From contig JBCCQQ010000025.1 in the NCBI GenBank assembly GCA_039024555.1, positions 12,903 to 76,902 on the forward strand: DNA of 64,000 nt, in the 5' to 3' direction. Positions within the stretch are counted from its first letter, which is position 1. The number at the start of each line of letters is the position of its first letter. The stretch comes from Cyanobacteria bacterium P01_D01_bin.156. GTDB lineage: Bacteria; Cyanobacteriota; Cyanobacteriia; Phormidesmidales; Phormidesmidaceae. A program made the position numbers and the translations under genes. This document shows positions 58,796-64,000 of the stretch, in pieces. The notes beneath the pieces were generated by a model that ran no database searches, was not told the origin of the DNA, and worked only from the letters and a program-made list of their open reading frames with translations.

Positions 58796-59699
58796 ACGCC
58801 AGCAATGCTTTTTGCGCATGAAGCCGATTTTCAGCCTGGTCCCACAGACGAGATTGAGAGCCTTCCATCACGTCATGGGTAATTTCTTCCCCCCGATGGG
58901 CTGGAAGACAGTGGAGCACAATTGCCCGATCATCCGCCAAGTCCAGCATCGATTGGTTAATTTGATAGGGCTGAAATTTAGGAATCCTCACCTCCGCCTC
59001 AGATTCTTCGCCCATACTGGCCCAAACATCTGTGTAAAGAGCATGACTCTTTTCAACCGCCATTTTAGGATCCGTCGTAATCAGCACTTCACTACGTCCC
59101 TGACTCAGGTTAATAGCTTGCTCCACAATAGTTGGGTTAGGGGCATAGCCTTCAGGTGTGGCCACTCGAATACCTACACCAGCTAATGCACAGCCCAGCA
59201 TAAGAGAGTGGGCCACATTATTGCCATCACCTAAATAGGTCATGGTTAAATTATCCAAAGCCCCAAATGCCTCCTTTAGAGTGAGCAAGTCCGCCAGAAT
59301 TTGACACGGATGTTCTAGATCAGTCAGCGCATTGATAACGGGAATGGATGCATATTGGGCAAATTCTTCAATTTCAGATTGCTGAAAGGTGCGAATAGCT
59401 ACCACGTCTAGATAACGATCTAACACTCGTGCCGTGTCAGATGTGGGTTCTCCTCGTCCCACTTGAGTAACACCAGCATTCAGGTCAAGCACCTGCCCAC
59501 CTAGCTGATACATAGCCACAGAAAAACTGACACGGGTACGGGTAGACGCTTTGGAAAACACCAGACCCAATACCTTATTAGGGCATTGAGGTTGACTAGT
59601 GCCCGCTTTGAGTTGTGCCGCCAGTTCCAGTAAGTCGTGTAGCTCTGTACTGGTTAAATCTGCCATGCTCAGCAGATCCCGTCCCTTCAATGAATCCAT
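58776..59699 (-). CDS. argF: Ornithine carbamoyltransferase
   Basis: STRTRVSF, HPCQ, GDGNN, TDVWASMG, HCLPAHRG, QAENR; start reassigned to MDSLKGRDLL. Confidence 0.97.
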   Translation of the reverse strand: MDSLKGRDLLSMADLTSTELHDLLELAAQLKAGTSQPQCPNKVLGLVFSKASTRTRVSFSVAMYQLGGQVLDLNAGVTQVGRGEPTSDTARVLDRYLDVVAIRTFQQSEIEEFAQYASIPVINALTDLEHPCQILADLLTLKEAFGALDNLTMTYLGDGNNVAHSLMLGCALAGVGIRVATPEGYAPNPTIVEQAINLSQGRSEVLITTDPKMAVEKSHALYTDVWASMGEESEAEVRIPKFQPYQINQSMLDLADDRAIVLHCLPAHRGEEITHDVMEGSQSRLWDQAENRLHAQKALLASILDAI

Positions 59700-59803
59700 G
59701 GAGTCGTTAGTGATAAGCAGTGAAGTCAACAAGATACTACTATTTAGTCTAAGTAAGCAGCATTCATCTTTTTGGCCTACACCATATAGATCTTTGGGGG
59801 CAG

Positions 59804-60427
59804 ATGGGACTCTATTCGCGATTAATCTTTCCAAGACTGTTGGATTTAACAATGTCAGGGCGTGAGCTGAGCAACTATCGCCAAGCCCTATTACAGTCTG
59901 TGGCAGGTGATGTACTTGAGATTGGATTTGGCACCGGGTTAAATCTGCCTTACTACGGTGATGGGGTTAAAACGCTGACAGCTATTGATCCGAATGAGGG
60001 GATGCTAGCGATCGCAACTTCACGAATACCCTCAACCTCCATTAACATCACCCTCAAAACAGCCAACGCCGAAGCATTACCACTAGCAGCAGAAAAATTT
60101 GATGCTGTCGTCTGCACCTGGACCCTATGCAGCATCCCTAATCTTTCAAAAGCTCTGGCAGAGGTATACCGAGTTCTCAAACCAGGGGGCAGGTTTTTCT
60201 TTATTGAACATGGTCTCAGCCCTGAAACCGGAGTGGGCCAATGGCAACGTCGGATCACACCGATGCAGCGTAGGGTTGCCGATGGTTGCCATCTAGATCG
60301 GCCCATAGGCAGTCTCGTCAAAGCTGTTTTTTCCCACGTGGAATGGGAAGAGTTTTATGCGACAGACCTACCTAAAATCATCGGCTACTTCTACCAAGGG
60401 GTGGCCATCAAAACAGAACAGGTCTAA
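59804..60427 (+). CDS. Class I SAM-dependent methyltransferase
   Basis: VLEIGFGTG, AEALP, TLCSI, RVLKPGG, EHG, DGCHLDR. Confidence 0.93.
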   Translation: MGLYSRLIFPRLLDLTMSGRELSNYRQALLQSVAGDVLEIGFGTGLNLPYYGDGVKTLTAIDPNEGMLAIATSRIPSTSINITLKTANAEALPLAAEKFDAVVCTWTLCSIPNLSKALAEVYRVLKPGGRFFFIEHGLSPETGVGQWQRRITPMQRRVADGCHLDRPIGSLVKAVFSHVEWEEFYATDLPKIIGYFYQGVAIKTEQV

Positions 60428-60753
60428 GCATCCCCTTTAAAGATTTGAGTCACTGCGACCGCAATTCTCTCGAGATCTGTATCTAGGAGCAGTGGCCATT
60501 CTACGTTGGCTTGTTTGCCTTGCTCATAATATTGCCGACCTTCATACGCCAGCTGATGCAACGCATAGGCTAAATCTCGATCAAGTTTTTGAGCGGCTTT
60601 GAAGTGCTCATGGAGCACTTTTAATGCCAGTAATAAGGAGGTCACCTGGCCTGGCACTGGTGAAGACTTTTGCTGTAACCGAGCTAGGAATGAATCTGCT
60701 ATGGCTGTGTTGGCCTGGGAAGTTACTACACGTTGGGCTGTTTGAACATCCAT
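60424..60753 (-). CDS. Conserved-type cyanobacterial hypothetical protein
   Basis: MDVQTA..FLARL..PVPGQVTSLLLALKV..LDRDLAYAL..WPLLL..DLERIA; start uncertain. Confidence 0.7.
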   Translation of the reverse strand: MDVQTAQRVVTSQANTAIADSFLARLQQKSSPVPGQVTSLLLALKVLHEHFKAAQKLDRDLAYALHQLAYEGRQYYEQGKQANVEWPLLLDTDLERIAVAVTQIFKGDA

Positions 60754-61075
60754 GGGGGTCTTGGAGATAGCAACGTCGCCGCCTATATCGATAGGTTTCG
60801 CCACCATAATGGTGTAACTGCTTCTCGTCAATTTTCAAGCAGAGACAAAGCTATTTTTCAAGCTTTACACAGACTTCATAGTTAGGGGCTGTCCAAGCTT
60901 GAAATCAGCACGACACACTTAAGGAGAGAAGTTGAAATAGCCCTCAGAAATAGCTTGATCGGAAACATCTGTACTTCACAGGTGAGATGTCTGGGAAAGT
61001 ATGCTGTCGAAAGTGTGCCTGTGGTTAGTCTGGGGAATATTTTGTAAATCTGGCTGTCTTCACCTGCTATATGCC

Positions 61076-62233
61076 ATGACGACTTCACCCGTTGTTCCTT
61101 TTGTGGATCTTTCAAAACAGCATACGCCGTTACAACCAAAGCTCATGGCAGCCATTGCTGCTGTTGTGGAGCGTGGTGATTACATATTAGGCGATGCAGT
61201 ATCTCAGTTTGAACAAACATTCGCGGCAGCATGCAATACCAATTTGGGAGTTGGTGTAGGGTCTGGAACTGATGCTCTCACCCTAGGACTCAAGGCCTGC
61301 AGCATTGGCCCAGGAGACCAGGTGATTTTGCCAGTGAATACCTTTGTAGCAACCTTGATTGGTGTTTTACAGGCAGGAGCGACTCCTGTTTTTGTGGACT
61401 GCGAATTGAATACAGGGCTGATGGATTTGACAGCCGCGGAGCGGGCTATCAATGGCAAAACTCGGGCGATTGTCCCTGTTCATCTTTACGGCCAGATGGT
61501 CTCACCCTACGCTTTACGCAACCTAGTAGCAGACAGAGACATTATTATTTTTGAGGATGCTGCTCAAGCCCATGGAGCTAAGCGAGAGGGGGTTACAGCG
61601 GGTAGCATCGGCCTAGCCGCCGCCTTTAGCTTTTACCCCAGTAAAAATTTGGGGGCCATGGGAGATAGCGGCATGGTTGTTACCCAAGAAGAGCTGGTAG
61701 CTCAAACGGTGCGATCGCTTCGTAATTATGGGTCTACCCGCAAGTACTACCATACGGATCCTGGTGGGACGAATAGCCGCCTAGACACACTACAAGCGGC
61801 TATCTTACAAATTAAGCTACCTCAATTAGCTGCATGGAATCGCGATCGCAATCAGCTCGCCAAACTCTATGACCAAGCCCTCGCTCCACTTGCTCGCTAT
61901 GGGCTCGTGCCCATGGAAAATCAAAGTGGCAGTGGACATGTCTATCACCTTTACGTCATTCGGTTAACCGATGACTGTCCAATAGATCGGACGGAGTTGC
62001 AACATATACTGAGCACCCATGGAATCCAGTCGGGAATTCACTATCCAGTCCCATGTCATCTGCAGCCCGCTTTTCACGATCTGAAATATCAATCTGGGGA
62101 TTTTCCTAAAGCAGAAGCCCTAAGTCAACAAATCCTTTCTTTACCCATGTACCCAGGCATGCATGAGGATCAACTAGCATACGTTGTAGAAACCATTAAC
62201 AAACAGTTGCAACCTTCACCCGTTCTAATTTGA
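61076..62233 (+). CDS. DegT/DnrJ/EryC1/StrS family sugar aminotransferase
   Basis: VPFVDL, SGTDAL, PVHLYG, EDAAQAHG, SFYPSKNLGAMGD, NSRLD, GIHYP. Confidence 0.95.
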   Translation: MTTSPVVPFVDLSKQHTPLQPKLMAAIAAVVERGDYILGDAVSQFEQTFAAACNTNLGVGVGSGTDALTLGLKACSIGPGDQVILPVNTFVATLIGVLQAGATPVFVDCELNTGLMDLTAAERAINGKTRAIVPVHLYGQMVSPYALRNLVADRDIIIFEDAAQAHGAKREGVTAGSIGLAAAFSFYPSKNLGAMGDSGMVVTQEELVAQTVRSLRNYGSTRKYYHTDPGGTNSRLDTLQAAILQIKLPQLAAWNRDRNQLAKLYDQALAPLARYGLVPMENQSGSGHVYHLYVIRLTDDCPIDRTELQHILSTHGIQSGIHYPVPCHLQPAFHDLKYQSGDFPKAEALSQQILSLPMYPGMHEDQLAYVVETINKQLQPSPVLI

Positions 62234-62264
62234 GTTTTGATAACGATGCTTTTCGCAAGTCATT

Positions 62265-63194
62265 ATGATTAGTTTTTCTCCCACTAAATCATCTCGATGG
62301 GTCACTGAGCTCATAGTCATCAGCTGCTTGGTTATTCTCTACGGACCTTTGCTCTATCACTGGGTGTGGGATGGCTGGATTAATAAGACTATCAGTATTC
62401 AACATGAGTATTTTAGCCATGGGATAATTGGAATTCCTTTAGCCCTCAAACTCGTGTGGGATAAGCGACAAAACTGGTTGAATTTACCAGATAGCTGTCA
62501 CTGGTCAGGTATTGTGAGCCTGGCTATCGCTTTAGTGTTTTACACCAGTGGCGTAATGGACGCTGTCAACCTTTCACTTCCCCTCATGTTGGCAGGCTTA
62601 TTGCTCTGCCTCAAAGGCCGTTCAGGTTTTAGGTTGATGCTATTTCCTTTGGTGCTGATTTTATTTTCAACACCGACCCAACTTCCGTACCTAATCGAGC
62701 CCTACATTCTTCCCCTACAGAGGTTTATTGCCACCGTTGCTGGCACCATTCTCCACGGTTTGGGCTACGACGTTGAAGTCAACAACATCTATCTGAGTAT
62801 GAACCAGCAGCTGGTGGAGGTCGCCCCTCATTGTGCAGGGCTCAAGATGCTCTTTACCAGTCTGTACATGGGTTTAGTTCTCACCTACTGGACAGCCCTC
62901 TACCGCTCCAGATTGCAAACAGGGGTCTTCTTTATTGGCATTATTCTAGTCAGCGTTATTGGCAATATCTTGCGCAATACCATCCTTACTTTTTTCCACG
63001 GCCACAGCATGTCAGGAGCATTTCACTGGCTCCATGAGAGTTGGGGGGGGGATGTTTATTCTGCTGTAATGCTGGGCTCCCTGGTACTTACAGTCAATGC
63101 CATTCAAAGCCACATCCCTGAAAAATTGGAACCCGCAACTGTCAGTCACAGTGCTTTGCCTCCCAGAGAAAAGTCAACGCCCTTAGATTTTTAA
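62265..63194 (+). CDS. crtB: Cyanoexosortase B
   Basis: QHEYFSHG, catalytic VAPHCAGLK, NILRN, FHWLHESWGG. The symbol refers to the exosortase crtB, not phytoene synthase. Confidence 0.9.
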   Translation: MISFSPTKSSRWVTELIVISCLVILYGPLLYHWVWDGWINKTISIQHEYFSHGIIGIPLALKLVWDKRQNWLNLPDSCHWSGIVSLAIALVFYTSGVMDAVNLSLPLMLAGLLLCLKGRSGFRLMLFPLVLILFSTPTQLPYLIEPYILPLQRFIATVAGTILHGLGYDVEVNNIYLSMNQQLVEVAPHCAGLKMLFTSLYMGLVLTYWTALYRSRLQTGVFFIGIILVSVIGNILRNTILTFFHGHSMSGAFHWLHESWGGDVYSAVMLGSLVLTVNAIQSHIPEKLEPATVSHSALPPREKSTPLDF

Positions 63195-63247
63195 CTCCAA
63201 TTCAAATCCTTGAACGCACGTAATGTGTTTCATCCCTCGCGAATATT

Positions 63248-63952
63248 TTGAAATTCCTAGCCGTGTCATTGTCTTCATCAGAATCTAATCTGCGCTTTCG
63301 GTTCCAATGGTTAGTTATTGCCGTTTTAGCCCTTGTTATAGCCGCAGTTGCTCTTCCCCAATATCTATCTGCCCAGTGGCCTTGGCACTCTCCTCCCAAT
63401 GTTGCTCAGATCCGGACGATTCGAGCCCTGAAAAATAGTGGATTATCCTTGGAAGGGTGGTCAGCAGATTTTCAACAAAAAGTTCAAATTGGTGGCGACG
63501 AATGGTCAGTCCAGCAATTGACCCAGGTCAACACCACCACCCCTCAGCAAATAGTGCTTTTCCTCAAACCTCAAGGGGAATCTAAAGCACAGCCAGAAGT
63601 GGAGTGGATTGACTTGGAGGGTGCTCAAAAGTGGCAAACCTCTGACCAGCGTCGAATACACATAGATGACCTAAAGATTGATACATTCCGCGCTTGGAAT
63701 GAAAATCAAACTTTCGCTGTAGCTCAGTGGTATGCAATGCCCCAAAGTGGACATCCAGCCCCCTACCATTGGTTTTGGAAAGATCAGGGATATCAATGGA
63801 GCCGGGACAGCCGACTGCCTTGGATAGCCGTCAGCCTACTACTACCCATGCAACCTCTGGGAGATATTAATCCGCTTTATCCTGAACTAGAGAATCTCAG
63901 CCAGCAAATACAAGCATCATTGGATGCCAATATCTTTTCAGCTGACACATAA
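63248..63952 (+). CDS. Cyanoexosortase B system-associated protein (start uncertain)
   Basis: Directly follows crtB; PQYL..WPW..PP, QPEVEWIDL, FRAW..QTFAVAQWYA..GHPAP..WF. Confidence 0.85.
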   Translation: MKFLAVSLSSSESNLRFRFQWLVIAVLALVIAAVALPQYLSAQWPWHSPPNVAQIRTIRALKNSGLSLEGWSADFQQKVQIGGDEWSVQQLTQVNTTTPQQIVLFLKPQGESKAQPEVEWIDLEGAQKWQTSDQRRIHIDDLKIDTFRAWNENQTFAVAQWYAMPQSGHPAPYHWFWKDQGYQWSRDSRLPWIAVSLLLPMQPLGDINPLYPELENLSQQIQASLDANIFSADT

Positions 63953-64000
63953 ATTTCTTGATCTGACGTACTCAAGAAATATTGATGCATCTAAGAGGTA

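Noticed and set aside
59700..59852. 51-aa N-terminal extension of ArgF in the ORF track
   Set aside because: It overlaps the divergent methyltransferase start; homology to OTCase begins at ATG 59699.
61076..63952. Aminotransferase-crtB-associated protein cluster as a new system
   Set aside because: It matches the established cyanoexosortase B / PEP-CTERM locus.

Overview
A 64-kb chromosomal window from a cyanobacterium. Evidence: psbA, psbV, carboxysomal-type ccaA, cyaC, cyanoexosortase B and frequent HIP1 octamers (GCGATCGC). A filamentous Leptolyngbya-like lineage is plausible but only inferred. Most of the window is housekeeping and photosynthesis genes (comM/yifB, psbA, rnhA, ccaA, sds, acs, murG, cyaC, hisC, leuB, pilD, accD, psbV, clpS, argF, crtB), interrupted by small regulatory or accessory modules. 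I saw no rRNA, tRNA, CRISPR array or intact transposase. Best candidate for an undescribed system: a three-gene module at 37479-39270 (pentapeptide-repeat protein, a protein with a peptidoglycan-binding domain and no export signal, and a divergent atypical ECF-like sigma factor). Each of the three genes is preceded, on its own strand, by the same motif GTCACA-N16-CACTA, which looks like a self-contained sigma regulon with a readable promoter. Other leads: (i) a long bulged hairpin (riboswitch candidate) ahead of a xanthine-type NCS2 permease that sits between a CHASE kinase and a response regulator; (ii) a spondin-PEP-CTERM / SigK-like sigma / anti-sigma / VKOR-thioredoxin cluster whose VKOR lacks the relay cysteine pair; (iii) an accessory island between acs and murG with a wHTH-GNAT protein, a divergent LuxR regulator and a secreted 4-Cys peptide; (iv) unannotated small proteins, a 5'-truncated ankyrin gene and a two-copy MITE-like repeat. 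All family calls come from motif recognition by eye; no database search was run.
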